Virus record (IMG/VR): IMGVR_UViG_3300047548_001236
Location: 62,001-126,000 of that record
Reading direction: 5' to 3' (one strand)
DNA: 64,000 bases
The position numbers were made by a program, and so were the translations under genes. Of the stretch, positions 15,818-26,306 are shown piece by piece; within the stretch, counting starts at the first letter, position 1; every line of letters starts with the position of its first letter. The notes beneath the pieces were generated by a model. That model was not told the origin of the DNA. It worked only from the letters and a program-made list of their open reading frames with translations, and made no database searches.

Positions 15818-16149
15818 TTCATCTGCTCCTCAGTGAAGTTGGCTTCCACCCACTCTTTGGATTCACGGAGACCTTCTCCGGACAGAGAGCGATAGGCCTT
15901 GATCAAATCGATCTTCATCGACGACTTATACGCGCCGGATTCACGAGCCATTTTGATCACCTCGTTCTTGAGGTTTTCAATATTGCCCGTGGTGGAGTGA
16001 CGGATGCTTTCAAGAATAGCCTTGATCATATCCATCGAGACGTTTTCGACGGTGACGGTCACCGTTCCGACGTCCTTGATCACATTGTAGTTGATTTGCG
16101 TATCGATCATCATCTTTGTATCTTTCCTGTCTGTTGAGGATTGTTTCAC
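15814..16149 (-). CDS. protein with C-terminal bL12-CTD-like motif
   Basis: KIDLIKAYRSLSGEGLRESKEWVE. Confidence 0.55.
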   Translation of the reverse strand: MKQSSTDRKDTKMMIDTQINYNVIKDVGTVTVTVENVSMDMIKAILESIRHSTTGNIENLKNEVIKMARESGAYKSSMKIDLIKAYRSLSGEGLRESKEWVEANFTEEQMK

Positions 16150-16409
16150 ACACGAGCGAAGGAACGGCCGGAAAACGCTTCCAGAATACCGTAGAACCAG
16201 TCAGGGTTGGCGTCACGCAGAATCGCCAACGGAGCCTTGTTATTTGCCATCTCTGCAAAATAGCCTTCGACGGTGTGGTTGGCGATCAACTCCTTGAGGA
16301 ACTTGGCTTTAGTGATCGGACCCTTGTGCTTGAACCGAGCGACGAACTTGCCTTCATAGTGAACATAGTCGCCCGAGGTCGTGAACTTGGATTTGTCGAA
16401 CTTGGTCAT
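16146..16409 (-). CDS. hypothetical early protein
   Basis: Preceded by TTGACG-N17-TATGAA and GGAG RBS. Confidence 0.6.
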   Translation of the reverse strand: MTKFDKSKFTTSGDYVHYEGKFVARFKHKGPITKAKFLKELIANHTVEGYFAEMANNKAPLAILRDANPDWFYGILEAFSGRSFARV

Positions 16410-16475
16410 GTCGTGTTCTCCGTTTCTATACGTACTTCATAACGTTTTTGTGCGAGCACGTCAACACAAAAATTC

Positions 16476-16763
16476 TCAATCGTTATAAATTCTCACACTG
16501 AGACCGAGATCTTGGTTGTGGTACACCCAGAATAGAGTTTCGTTCTCAATATTCCGAATCGTGTCTCTCAGAACGAACTGCTTGACATCGCCCGTCCGTT
16601 GCGACCGAATAGCAATTTGCTTGGGCATAATGGAACCGAGTTGTTCATGAAGATCAGAAACATCTGCACCGAGAAACCGAGACGCTGCACTGTACGAGAA
16701 CAAATCGCTGGAGAGGGTCTGCATTTCCGACATCCTGTCATTTATGATAAATATGGGATACAC
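16476..16763 (-). CDS. hypothetical protein
   Basis: 95-aa ORF. Confidence 0.5.
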   Translation of the reverse strand: MYPIFIINDRMSEMQTLSSDLFSYSAASRFLGADVSDLHEQLGSIMPKQIAIRSQRTGDVKQFVLRDTIRNIENETLFWVYHNQDLGLSVRIYND

Positions 16764-16795
16764 GAATATGATACATCATGCAACAGGAGTATCAA

Positions 16796-17287
16796 ATGAT
16801 CACAAATTATTTTTCACCGTTAGAGTTTCAGGTAAATATCAAGCGTTTACCGAACGTCGAGTTCTTTGTTCAGAGAACCTCTATCCCGTCCGTGTCTGGC
16901 AACCCTGCCATCATGCCGACACCATTCAACAAACTGAATATGACTCCTGACAAGCTGCAGTATTCGTACCTCGAACTCTCGTTCATTGTCGACGAGTCGA
17001 TGAGCAACTACATAGAAGTGCTCAACTGGATCAAAGGAACGACATTCCCCGAACGATACTCACAATACCGTAACCTCGCGAGATCAGAAGATGGTATCGA
17101 GTCTGATATCACCATCGTCGTTCTTAACAGCCATAAGAATCCCTCGATCAAGATAAACTTCATCAACTGTGCTCCAATTTCTCTTTCTGAGGTTGTTCTC
17201 GACACAACTGCGTCTGATGTGAACTATCCTATGGCAACTGTGGTGTTTTCATACGATTATTTCGACGTAACCCCATATAATAATTGA
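16796..17287 (+). CDS. tail completion and sheath stabilizer gp3
   Basis: NYFSPLEF...VEFFVQRTSIP...LSFIVDESMSNYIEVLNWI. Confidence 0.85.
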   Translation: MITNYFSPLEFQVNIKRLPNVEFFVQRTSIPSVSGNPAIMPTPFNKLNMTPDKLQYSYLELSFIVDESMSNYIEVLNWIKGTTFPERYSQYRNLARSEDGIESDITIVVLNSHKNPSIKINFINCAPISLSEVVLDTTASDVNYPMATVVFSYDYFDVTPYNN

Positions 17288-17340
17288 TCTTTTGACACAA
17301 TTGTGCTATGGTGGAAGTCGAATTGTACATGATGGAGTTT

Positions 17341-17781
17341 ATGATGGATCTCGAAGAAATCAACAAGATGTGGTCGAAAGATTGTAAGATCGACGAAGCA
17401 AACGTCACAGGCGAGGCTCGTCGAATACCTGAGTTACACAACAAGTATTACATGATGTATGTTAAAGCTGCTCTCAAGGTCAAGAAGTTGAAATCTGACC
17501 TTGCTATGCTTCAAAAGGCTAAAGCAGAATACTACTCTGGTTCGATGGATCAAGCCGAACTACAGCAGAGAGGATGGAAGCCGAATGCTCTAAAGATTCT
17601 TCGTCAAGATATTGACAAGTACATCGAAAGCGATAAAGACATCATCGATCTGAGTCTGAACATCGATTATCACCTTTCGATGGCAAACTACCTTGAAGAT
17701 ATCGTAAGACAAATCAACAACCGAAACTTCTTGTTAACAAACATAGTGAATTGGGAAAGATTTAGAGCTGGTGGAAATTGA
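17341..17781 (+). CDS. uvsY: recombination mediator UvsY
   Basis: MWSKDCKID...IPELHNKY...INNRNF; synteny with uvsW. Confidence 0.88.
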   Translation: MMDLEEINKMWSKDCKIDEANVTGEARRIPELHNKYYMMYVKAALKVKKLKSDLAMLQKAKAEYYSGSMDQAELQQRGWKPNALKILRQDIDKYIESDKDIIDLSLNIDYHLSMANYLEDIVRQINNRNFLLTNIVNWERFRAGGN

Positions 17782-19160
17782 TGAGTGAACTGATTGTAGT
17801 CGATAAAGTTAATGAGGTGCACCTTAAGGTAACTACTGATCCCGGTGTTCGACAGGAGATCATGCAGTACTTCTCATTCCGCCCCAATGGATACCAGTTT
17901 GTTCCATCCTACAAGAATAAAGTGTGGGATGGGTACATTCGTCTATACAATCCTATGAAGCCTGTATTGTATATCGGGTTGTTGGATTATTTGGTCAAGT
18001 TTTGTGAAGATAGAGGATATCAGATAAAGCTCGCAGAGCAGTTTGATCTAGGCGAACAAGTAGACGGTGATTACGTCGTGCAACTAGCAAAGACTCTGAA
18101 CACCCCCTTCGAGCCACGTGACTACCAAATTGAGTATGTTGTAAACGCCCTGAACTCTGGCCGTTCATTGTCCCTCTCTCCAACTTCATCTGGCAAGTCT
18201 TTCATCATATACCTGATTCAACAACACTATATGAGACAGCACCAGCTTCGTACGCTAATCATTGTTCCAACAGTATCACTTGTGTACCAACTTGCGTCTG
18301 ATTTTGTATCGTACGGATGTGATCCTGCATTTATACATAAAATCCTTAGCGGGGCAGAGAAAAATTCAAAGCGTCCAATCGTGATATCAACGTGGCAATC
18401 AATTGTTAAGATGCCTGCTGACTGGTTCAGTCAGTTTGGCGTCGTGCTTGGGGATGAGGCTCACAACTTCCAAGCTAAGTCATTGACGTCAATTATGGAA
18501 AAGATGGTCGATACACCCTATCGTCATGGATTCACAGGCACTATATCATCAGAATCCAAAGTACATAGAATGGTACTTGAAGGTCTGTTTGGTTCAATCA
18601 AGAGATTCGTCACTACTAAGGAGCTGATGGAAGAAGGATCAGTCGCCGACTTCAAGATAAAAGGTATCGTGCTTAACCATTCTCTGGAAGTCACCAAGAC
18701 CTTCAACGATGCGATGAAGGAAGTCAGGAACAAGAATAAAAATCGTGCCAAGAAGATCAACCCCTTCAATCTCGAGAAGGAGTTCTTGATTAACCTCGAA
18801 AAGCGAAACCTATTCATTCGCAATCTTGTGTGGTCACTAAAGGACCAAAACAACCTTATTTTGTTTGATAGAGTCGAAAAGCATGGTAAAGTACTAGAGC
18901 CCTTGCTTCGCAAGGAAGGACGTGTCCTTCACTTTATACATGGTGGTGTAGCTGGTATTGAACGTGATCGTGTTCGCGATGTGATTGAAAACGACAACAC
19001 GTACACCATCACCCTTCACTTCAACGGCAGACAGATTACTGCTGATGGTGAAGAAGAAATTCCACTGACAAATGGATCAATTATAAAAGGCAAGAACGTG
19101 ACGCAAGATCACGATATAGCTGAATTCTGGATACAAGAAAAACTGAGAGCCAAAACATGA
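17781..19160 (+). CDS. uvsW: UvsW helicase, N-terminal part (split gene)
   Basis: PRDYQ, SPTSSGKS, GDEAH, GFTGT; ends before the ASYGTFSTG motif. Confidence 0.9.
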   Translation: MSELIVVDKVNEVHLKVTTDPGVRQEIMQYFSFRPNGYQFVPSYKNKVWDGYIRLYNPMKPVLYIGLLDYLVKFCEDRGYQIKLAEQFDLGEQVDGDYVVQLAKTLNTPFEPRDYQIEYVVNALNSGRSLSLSPTSSGKSFIIYLIQQHYMRQHQLRTLIIVPTVSLVYQLASDFVSYGCDPAFIHKILSGAEKNSKRPIVISTWQSIVKMPADWFSQFGVVLGDEAHNFQAKSLTSIMEKMVDTPYRHGFTGTISSESKVHRMVLEGLFGSIKRFVTTKELMEEGSVADFKIKGIVLNHSLEVTKTFNDAMKEVRNKNKNRAKKINPFNLEKEFLINLEKRNLFIRNLVWSLKDQNNLILFDRVEKHGKVLEPLLRKEGRVLHFIHGGVAGIERDRVRDVIENDNTYTITLHFNGRQITADGEEEIPLTNGSIIKGKNVTQDHDIAEFWIQEKLRAKT

Positions 19161-19492
19161 AACCAGACAAAGTTGAGATAACAAAGACAGAGAATAAGAG
19201 GCATGACATCCTTGCCTCTTATGGCACATTCTCGACTGGTATCAGTATCAAACGAATCGACAATGCAATATTTGCATCTGGCTATAAATCAGAGATCAAA
19301 GTTCTACAGTCGATTGGTAGAACTCTCCGTAAAGGCAATGGTTCAGACAAAGCATGTCTGTTCGACATTGCAGACGACCTTCGCAAAACACCAAGTAGCG
19401 AAGACAACTACACACTAGATCATTTCAAAAAGAGGATTCGTGTGTACGCATCCGAACAATTTGATTACAAAATATTCAATATTGAACTCTAG
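19157..19492 (+). CDS. uvsW: UvsW helicase, C-terminal part (split gene)
   Basis: ILASYGTFSTGISIK, LQSIGRTLRK, LFDIADD. Confidence 0.88.
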   Translation: MKPDKVEITKTENKRHDILASYGTFSTGISIKRIDNAIFASGYKSEIKVLQSIGRTLRKGNGSDKACLFDIADDLRKTPSSEDNYTLDHFKKRIRVYASEQFDYKIFNIEL

Positions 19493-19624
19493 TGAACCTT
19501 TAATTTTCGGAAGAGGCATCTCTTAGTATCGCCCGGTTTGAGTGAAAGTCAACACCTGTTTTCCTGTTGAAATTCGCGCGGTTAGCGAGTATCCTCGTAT
19601 ATTATCCAAGGAGCAATCTATCAC

Positions 19625-20140
19625 ATGAAAACAAAAGAACCCAAGAAGAATTATGTTGACAAGGCTGAGTTCCTTGAAGCGTTGAAGGCGTATGCTCGTC
19701 AATGTCGCGAAGCTGAGGAGGCTGGCGACGAGCGCCCAGCTGTCCCAAGATATATAGGTGAATGTTTGTGGGCAATAGCGAAGGGTATTGCAACAAGAGG
19801 AAACTTCTCCAATTACCCGTTCCGTGACGATATGATCATGGATGGCGTTGAGAACTGCTTGATGTACATGCACAACTTTGACCCAACAAAATCCAACAAC
19901 CCCAATCCTTTTGGTTACTTCACAAAGATCATATGGTACGCTTTTCTTCGTAGGATCGCAAAAGAGAAGAAGCAGATGTACATAAGGTATAAATCGTCCA
20001 GCGAGCTGTTGTCGATGGGGCTGACATACGAAAGCGATGAAGTGCTTGACATGTCAGGGATGCCGAATCTCGAATACATTAATGATTTTATTAGCGACTA
20101 TGAAGAGAAAATGAAAAAGACGTCAAAGAAGGACGACTGA
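19625..20140 (+). CDS. late-transcription sigma factor gp55
   Basis: NYVDKAEFL, YIGECL, NFSNY, FDPTKSNNPNPFGYFT..IWYAFLRRIAKEKKQ. Confidence 0.93.
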   Translation: MKTKEPKKNYVDKAEFLEALKAYARQCREAEEAGDERPAVPRYIGECLWAIAKGIATRGNFSNYPFRDDMIMDGVENCLMYMHNFDPTKSNNPNPFGYFTKIIWYAFLRRIAKEKKQMYIRYKSSSELLSMGLTYESDEVLDMSGMPNLEYINDFISDYEEKMKKTSKKDD

Positions 20141-21204
20141 TGAAAATAGCCTTGATTAATGATACGCACTTCGGTGTGCGTGGTGACAGTTCTGTATTTT
20201 TAGACAACCAGGAACGGTTCTTCTCCGAAGTGTTTTTCCCTACAATCGACCAGATGGGGATCGATACCATTATCGATCTTGGTGATACGTTTGACCGTCG
20301 AAAGTATGTCAACTTTCTAACTCTCGATCGTGTGACTAAGTTCTTCTTCAAACCGTTGATTGAAAGAGGGATCGCATATCATGGTATTGTAGGCAACCAT
20401 TCGTGCTACTTTACCAACACCAACGAAGTCAACAGTCTCACGCTGTTGCTCAAAGGGTATGACAACTACCACATATATCCACACAACCCTCACGAGATAA
20501 AGTTTGGATCAACAAAGGTACTGTTGGTACCATGGGTCGCTAAAGACAATCGAGATGTCTGTATCGAAGCCATCCGGAATTCATCTGCCCACGTGCTTAT
20601 GGGTCATCTAGAGATCCAAGGATTCGAAATGCAGAAAGGGATGTTGTGTGAGCATGGCATGAGTAAAGACATGTTCTCGCACTACGAGTCTGTGTTTTCA
20701 GGTCACTTTCACCACCCGTCGAAGATAGGTAACATCACGTATCTCGGTGCACAGTATGAGATGACGTGGTCTGATCACGGTGGACGTCGTGGATTCCATG
20801 TATTTGATACTGAAACGAGAGAGCTAACTTTCATCGAGAATCCAAATCGTATGTTCTTCAAGATCAATTACGATGACGTTGACATGACCGCAGACGATGT
20901 CGCTGAGCTAGATGTGACGGCATTGAAGGGTACATACGTCAAGGTGATCGTTCAGAACAGAACCAACCCATTTCTGTTTGACATGTTTATGTCTAAGCTC
21001 GCAGATGCAGGTGCTGCAGATGTCAAATCTGTTGAGGATTCACTTAACCTTGAGGCTGCTGGTATCAACGATATCCTTGACGAGACAAAGAACACCCAAG
21101 AGATCCTGCACGAATACGTTGACTCAATCGTCACCGAGATCGACAAGAATAGAATAAAAAATGTTGTCAACATGTTGTATAGTGAGGCTTTGAACGTCCA
21201 ATGA
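20140..21204 (+). CDS. recombination endonuclease subunit gp47 (Mre11-like)
   Basis: NDTHFG, DLGDTFD, VGNH, MGHLE, FSGHFH. Confidence 0.94.
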   Translation: MKIALINDTHFGVRGDSSVFLDNQERFFSEVFFPTIDQMGIDTIIDLGDTFDRRKYVNFLTLDRVTKFFFKPLIERGIAYHGIVGNHSCYFTNTNEVNSLTLLLKGYDNYHIYPHNPHEIKFGSTKVLLVPWVAKDNRDVCIEAIRNSSAHVLMGHLEIQGFEMQKGMLCEHGMSKDMFSHYESVFSGHFHHPSKIGNITYLGAQYEMTWSDHGGRRGFHVFDTETRELTFIENPNRMFFKINYDDVDMTADDVAELDVTALKGTYVKVIVQNRTNPFLFDMFMSKLADAGAADVKSVEDSLNLEAAGINDILDETKNTQEILHEYVDSIVTEIDKNRIKNVVNMLYSEALNVQ

Positions 21205-22904
21205 ACATTATTTTCAAGAAAATACGTTGGAAGAACCTTCTGTCGACTGGCAACGTGTTTACAGAAGTTGTGTTGAACAGCAACAAGACTACACTAATAA
21301 GCGGAACGAACGGTGCTGGTAAAAGCACCATTCTCGATGCTGTGATATTTGCTTTGTACAACAAGCCTTTCAGAAAAATCAACAAACCTCAACTGCTGAA
21401 CACTATCAATCAGAAAGATATGCTTGTTGAGATCGAGTTCTCGATTGGCAAGCACGAATACAAGATACGTCGTGGTATCAAGCCGACGGTGTTTGAAGTA
21501 TATTGTGATGGTCAATTGAAAGATAAAGCGAACGATCTTCAAGACGAGCTGGAAAAGAACATCCTCAAGATGAACTACAAGTCGTTCACGCAGATCGTGA
21601 TTCTCGGAAGTGCTACGTACGTACCGTTCATGGAACTGCAAGCAAAGGATCGAAGGGAAATTATCGAAGATCTACTCGATATCCAAATTTTCAGTACGAT
21701 GAACCTGCTGTTGAAAGACAAGCTGACAGTCAGCAAAGAGAAGATCGATGAAAACAAATACAAGATCGATCTGATCGCTGCAAAGATTGAGTCGGCCGAA
21801 GAAAGTAGCAAATCAATCCGCAAGATTCGTGAAGATGAAGTTGACAAGATTAAAGAGAAGATGCGTGGTTATCTTGAACAGATTCAAGCCGAGACGGATG
21901 CGGTAGAGCAAGTTGAAAATGCAATCTCTCAACTGATGGAAACGATTGCTGACAAGCCATCTGTTCGGAAGAAAATTGATAAATTGAAAGGTCTGAAAGC
22001 GGAACTTGAGGTTAAGAAACGCAGCATCACCACGGAGCTGAGCTTCTATCACGATCACGACAACTGCCCTACGTGTAAACAAGGGATTGACGGATCGTTT
22101 AAGCAACAAGTGATTGAACAGCACCAAGGACATCGTGTTGAGATTGACGAAGCATTCGAAAAAATTGGAACGAGAATTGCGGAAGTGGAGCAACGTCTAA
22201 CAGAGATATCAGACGTTGAAGATCAGATACAAAAACAGCACCTACAAGCTGGCGAGCACAGAGCCCAAATCAAAATATGTAAAGGTGCCCTCGTATCGTG
22301 TAAGACTGAATTGGAAGAAGCACAGAAAGAAGTCCGTCAGATCGACACATCTAAGATCGAAGAATATAAGAAAGAGCTGAAAGGCGTCCAGGAGGAACAG
22401 ACAGAGTTGTTCCTAGAACGTGAAACTCTTGGTGTTGTCGGTGCTATGTTGAAGGACGGCGGAATCAAAACGAGGATCATCCGTCAGTACATTCCTGTGA
22501 TGAACAAGCTGATCAACAAATATCTGTCTGCGTTCGATCTTTTTGTTGACTTTCAGCTTGACGAGAACTTCAATGAGGTGATCAAGTCTCGGTTCAGAGA
22601 CACGTTCTCCTACGCTTCTTTCTCGGAAGGTGAAAAGCTAAGGATCAATCTAGCAATCATGCTGACGTGGCGAGCTGTTGCTAAGCTACGCAACTCTGTG
22701 TCAACCAACTTACTGATCATGGACGAGACGCTTGATGGCGCTCTTGACGGTTTTGGAATTGAGAACCTGATCGAGACACTTCACAGTATGAACTCAAACG
22801 ATAACATCTTCGTGATCTCACACAGAGGCGATCTGTTCGGTGATAAGTTTGAAGCTCATCTTCGTTTTGAGAAAGTAAAGAATTTCAGTCAGCTAGCCAG
22901 CTAA
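21201..22904 (+). CDS. recombination ATPase subunit gp46 (Rad50-like)
   Basis: GTNGAGKST, zinc hook CPTC, FSEGEK, LIMDE. Confidence 0.95.
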   Translation: MNIIFKKIRWKNLLSTGNVFTEVVLNSNKTTLISGTNGAGKSTILDAVIFALYNKPFRKINKPQLLNTINQKDMLVEIEFSIGKHEYKIRRGIKPTVFEVYCDGQLKDKANDLQDELEKNILKMNYKSFTQIVILGSATYVPFMELQAKDRREIIEDLLDIQIFSTMNLLLKDKLTVSKEKIDENKYKIDLIAAKIESAEESSKSIRKIREDEVDKIKEKMRGYLEQIQAETDAVEQVENAISQLMETIADKPSVRKKIDKLKGLKAELEVKKRSITTELSFYHDHDNCPTCKQGIDGSFKQQVIEQHQGHRVEIDEAFEKIGTRIAEVEQRLTEISDVEDQIQKQHLQAGEHRAQIKICKGALVSCKTELEEAQKEVRQIDTSKIEEYKKELKGVQEEQTELFLERETLGVVGAMLKDGGIKTRIIRQYIPVMNKLINKYLSAFDLFVDFQLDENFNEVIKSRFRDTFSYASFSEGEKLRINLAIMLTWRAVAKLRNSVSTNLLIMDETLDGALDGFGIENLIETLHSMNSNDNIFVISHRGDLFGDKFEAHLRFEKVKNFSQLAS

Positions 22905-22981
22905 ACTGCTTGAACGGGATGTGGGTCCGATCGTATGATCGACCTCATCACGCACATAATTTAACGCAAAGAGGTTTACAT

Positions 22982-25519
22982 TTGAGCAAGTCATTTTATA
23001 CGTCTATCGACCGCCTAGGTAATAGTATCCTATGGCGTGGATACGAAAACGGTAAGAAGTTCAACCGTAAGATAAAGTTCGCACCTACACTTTATCTACA
23101 AACCAAGCAACCGACGAAGTACGTAAGTCTAGTTGGAGATATTCCGCTCGAACCGCGGAAGTTCGATACAATGTCGGAAGCAAAAGACTTCATCGAACGA
23201 TACAAGGATGTTGCTGGGTTCGATGTCTACGGGAACATCAACTTTGCAGCGCAATTTATCCAAGAACAATATCCCAACGTTATCAACTTCGATCCATCTC
23301 TAATCGCGATCTTCTCGTACGACATCGAGGTCGATATCAGCACAGGTTACGCAAACGTTGATGAGGCTGACAAGCCTATCACTTCCATTGCATGTAAGTG
23401 CTCCAAGAGCGACACATATCACCTGCTCGGCCTCAAGGATTATGATAAGAGCAAGACGATTACGGGAATTGATCCTGATGATATTCAATTCATGAAGTTT
23501 GACACAGAAGAAGCTCTGTTGAAGCGTTTTATCCAGATATGGAAGAACGCTGATCCTGATGTTGTCACTGGGTGGAACGTCGAGTTCTTCGATATTGCCT
23601 ATACCATCAACCGGATCATTCGACTGTTCGGTGAGGAGACTGCAAAGGAGCTGTCTCCTTGGAAGAGTTTCCGCAAAAAGACAATCGAAGTGTATGGCAA
23701 GCCGCAATCGACGTATGTGATTGCTGGGGTTGCGGTAATCGACTACATGGATGCGTTCAAGAAGTTTGGGTACAAGTATGGCACTCAGCAGTCGTATAAG
23801 CTAGATCACATTGCTCACACCGTTCTTGGTGAAAAGAAGCTGTCTTACGCTGAGTATGGTAACCTTTCGACCCTGTATGAGAAGAATCCGCAGCTGTACT
23901 TGGACTATAACCTAAAAGACACCCACCTGATCCAACGTCTTGAGGATCAGACAGGATTGCTGTCTCTGGTGTTCACTGTCGCGTATAAGGGCGGCGTCAA
24001 CTACAACGAGGCATTCGGTACGGTTGGTATCTGGGATACTACTATCTACAGAGCTCTGATGAAGAAGAACATTGTTCCAAAAGTCAAGGGTTCTCCGCCT
24101 ACGGAACGAATTGGTCTGCAGGGTGGATTCGTCAAAGATCCTCAAGTTGGTATGCGTAAGTGGATCGTATCATTTGACTTGAACTCACTGTATCCTCACT
24201 TGATGCTACAGTATAACATGTCTCCAGAGACGTATGTTCCTGATTATCGTGAAAGTGTATCACAGGATATGATTCTCGAGGGTCGTTATCGCAACGACAC
24301 GAAGTATTCCGTCTGTGCAAACGGCGTCTGCTTCCGTAAGGATAAAAAGGGAATCATCTCTGAGATCATTGAAGGTTACTACGCAGAACGTGCAGAGATC
24401 AAGAAGCAGATGCTTCACGCTGAGGATCTTTTGCAACGGGCGACGTCAGAGCAAGAGAAGAACAAGCTGAAACGTGACATCGTTCAGTTCCACAACGCTC
24501 AGATGGCTTTGAAGATTGCTATGAACAGTTTGTACGGTGCAACAGCAAACCTGCACTTTATCTACTACATTAACGAAATGGCAGAAGCAATTACGACATC
24601 TGGTCAGCTGTCGATCAAGTGGGCTGGCAAGACGATCAACAACTACATGAACAAGCTGTTGAAAACCACTGACGTTGATTACGTTGCATACACTGACACC
24701 GACTCGATGTATGTGGATATGAGCGGAATCATTCTCAAGACGTTCGGAACGGTAGATATCGATCGTGCGACTGGCGAGAAGTTCCTCGACGATGTCTGCA
24801 AATCGAAGATCGAAAAGGTAATCGCTGCTGGTTACGATGAGCTGGCAGAAGTAATGGGTGCTTACCGTAATGCGATGACGATGAAGCGCGAGAAGATCTC
24901 AGATAAGACGATCTTCATTGCGAAGAAGCGCTACATCATGAACACGCTGAACAGCGAAGGCGTCCACTACGAAAAGCCGAAGGTTTCGGTTACTGGGATC
25001 GAAGCAGTTCGCTCTTCAACTCCAGAAGTGTGCCGCACGAAATTCGTCGAAGCGTTCAGTGTTATTGTTAACCAGGGTGAGGCTGAGGTTCAGCAGTTCA
25101 TCAAACAGTTCAGAGAGCAGTTTGATACCCTTCCACCCGAAGAGATTGGTAAAGTCTCGGGGACAGACGACATCGAGCGTTACACTGATCCTACTACAAT
25201 CTATAAGAAGGGCTGTCCTATTCATGTCAGGGGATGTCTGTTATTCAACCACAGATTGAAGAAGATGAAGCTCGAGCATAAGTACAAGCCAATTCAATCT
25301 GGCGACAAGATCAAGTTTGTCTACTTGATGACACCTAACCCCTTGATGGAGAATATTGTGTCGTTTGTCGACGTTCTTCCGGAAGAGATGGGGCTTGCAC
25401 CATACATTGATCGTGATAAGCAGTTCGATAAGGTGTTCTTGGATCCTCTGCAACACATCCTTGATGCAGTCGGCTGGAAGGCTACAAAAATCGACACACT
25501 GGAACAGTTCTTCTGTTGA
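22982..25519 (+). CDS. family B DNA polymerase gp43
   Basis: YDIEV, SFDLNSLYP, KIAMNSLYG, YTDTDS; TTG start after GAGG. Confidence 0.96.
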   Translation: MSKSFYTSIDRLGNSILWRGYENGKKFNRKIKFAPTLYLQTKQPTKYVSLVGDIPLEPRKFDTMSEAKDFIERYKDVAGFDVYGNINFAAQFIQEQYPNVINFDPSLIAIFSYDIEVDISTGYANVDEADKPITSIACKCSKSDTYHLLGLKDYDKSKTITGIDPDDIQFMKFDTEEALLKRFIQIWKNADPDVVTGWNVEFFDIAYTINRIIRLFGEETAKELSPWKSFRKKTIEVYGKPQSTYVIAGVAVIDYMDAFKKFGYKYGTQQSYKLDHIAHTVLGEKKLSYAEYGNLSTLYEKNPQLYLDYNLKDTHLIQRLEDQTGLLSLVFTVAYKGGVNYNEAFGTVGIWDTTIYRALMKKNIVPKVKGSPPTERIGLQGGFVKDPQVGMRKWIVSFDLNSLYPHLMLQYNMSPETYVPDYRESVSQDMILEGRYRNDTKYSVCANGVCFRKDKKGIISEIIEGYYAERAEIKKQMLHAEDLLQRATSEQEKNKLKRDIVQFHNAQMALKIAMNSLYGATANLHFIYYINEMAEAITTSGQLSIKWAGKTINNYMNKLLKTTDVDYVAYTDTDSMYVDMSGIILKTFGTVDIDRATGEKFLDDVCKSKIEKVIAAGYDELAEVMGAYRNAMTMKREKISDKTIFIAKKRYIMNTLNSEGVHYEKPKVSVTGIEAVRSSTPEVCRTKFVEAFSVIVNQGEAEVQQFIKQFREQFDTLPPEEIGKVSGTDDIERYTDPTTIYKKGCPIHVRGCLLFNHRLKKMKLEHKYKPIQSGDKIKFVYLMTPNPLMENIVSFVDVLPEEMGLAPYIDRDKQFDKVFLDPLQHILDAVGWKATKIDTLEQFFC

Positions 25520-25571
25520 TAATCATATAATTCCATGTTATATGATGACTATCAGAAACAGGAGAACACTG

Positions 25572-25775
25572 ATGGCCACCTACACGATCGAAATCAACGA
25601 ACAGCAGATGGCTCTGATCGAACGAGCGATGAAAGCTCTGCGCGATCTGAACAGCATCGATCAACGCCTCGAAGAAGAGGATGCCGAAGAGCTTGATATC
25701 CTGATCGGTCTGGTCGATTTCACTCGTGAAGAAGAATCGAAAGACCCTGGTGTAGTTCACGGGTGGTGCTACTAA
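25572..25775 (+). CDS. small hypothetical protein
   Basis: GGAG RBS before MATYTIEINE. Confidence 0.6.
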   Translation: MATYTIEINEQQMALIERAMKALRDLNSIDQRLEEEDAEELDILIGLVDFTREEESKDPGVVHGWCY

Positions 25776-26248
25776 TGACAAGGATCAACACGATCCCTCC
25801 ATCACTGCTGACTGACCAGCATCTGATGGCTGAATACCGCGAAATGCCGATGGTTAACGCTTCCCTCGCTCGGACTCTCAGGTCTAAGCGAGGGTTGCAG
25901 ATTAATCGGATTCCTCCACACTATACGTTGAATAGTGGGCATGTGATGTTCCACTACAACAAAGGTCTGTATCTGTTCAAACGATTCACCGCAATCGTTG
26001 AAGAGCTAAATAGCAGACACTACAACATCGATCCCAGCAGTCGTGTGATCGACTGGGATGTTTTCAAGGCCGCTCCCAACCTGTGGAACGACTGGAATCC
26101 GTCTTTTGTCAATCATAGAACTAACGTCGAGCGTATTGTCGAGCGTATTCGACAGAAGCCGTCGTGGTATCGGTATCAAGGAACACCTATCGATAATTCA
26201 TTTGTCGATACGATGTATAGCAGGTATCTTGTCCTGCAAGAGGTCTAG
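25775..26248 (+). CDS. denV: pyrimidine-dimer DNA glycosylase / endonuclease V
   Basis: MTRIN...LTDQHLMAEYRE, GHVMF, RIRQKPSWY. Confidence 0.9.
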   Translation: MTRINTIPPSLLTDQHLMAEYREMPMVNASLARTLRSKRGLQINRIPPHYTLNSGHVMFHYNKGLYLFKRFTAIVEELNSRHYNIDPSSRVIDWDVFKAAPNLWNDWNPSFVNHRTNVERIVERIRQKPSWYRYQGTPIDNSFVDTMYSRYLVLQEV

Positions 26249-26306
26249 TAGATCGTCCCTCTATAAACATTCCGCTCTCTTTTACGTGTCAGATAAAGGA
26301 GAAACT

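Noticed and set aside
22910-22981. gp43 N-terminal extension
   Set aside because: SD and homology favour TTG 22982; the region is a hairpin leader
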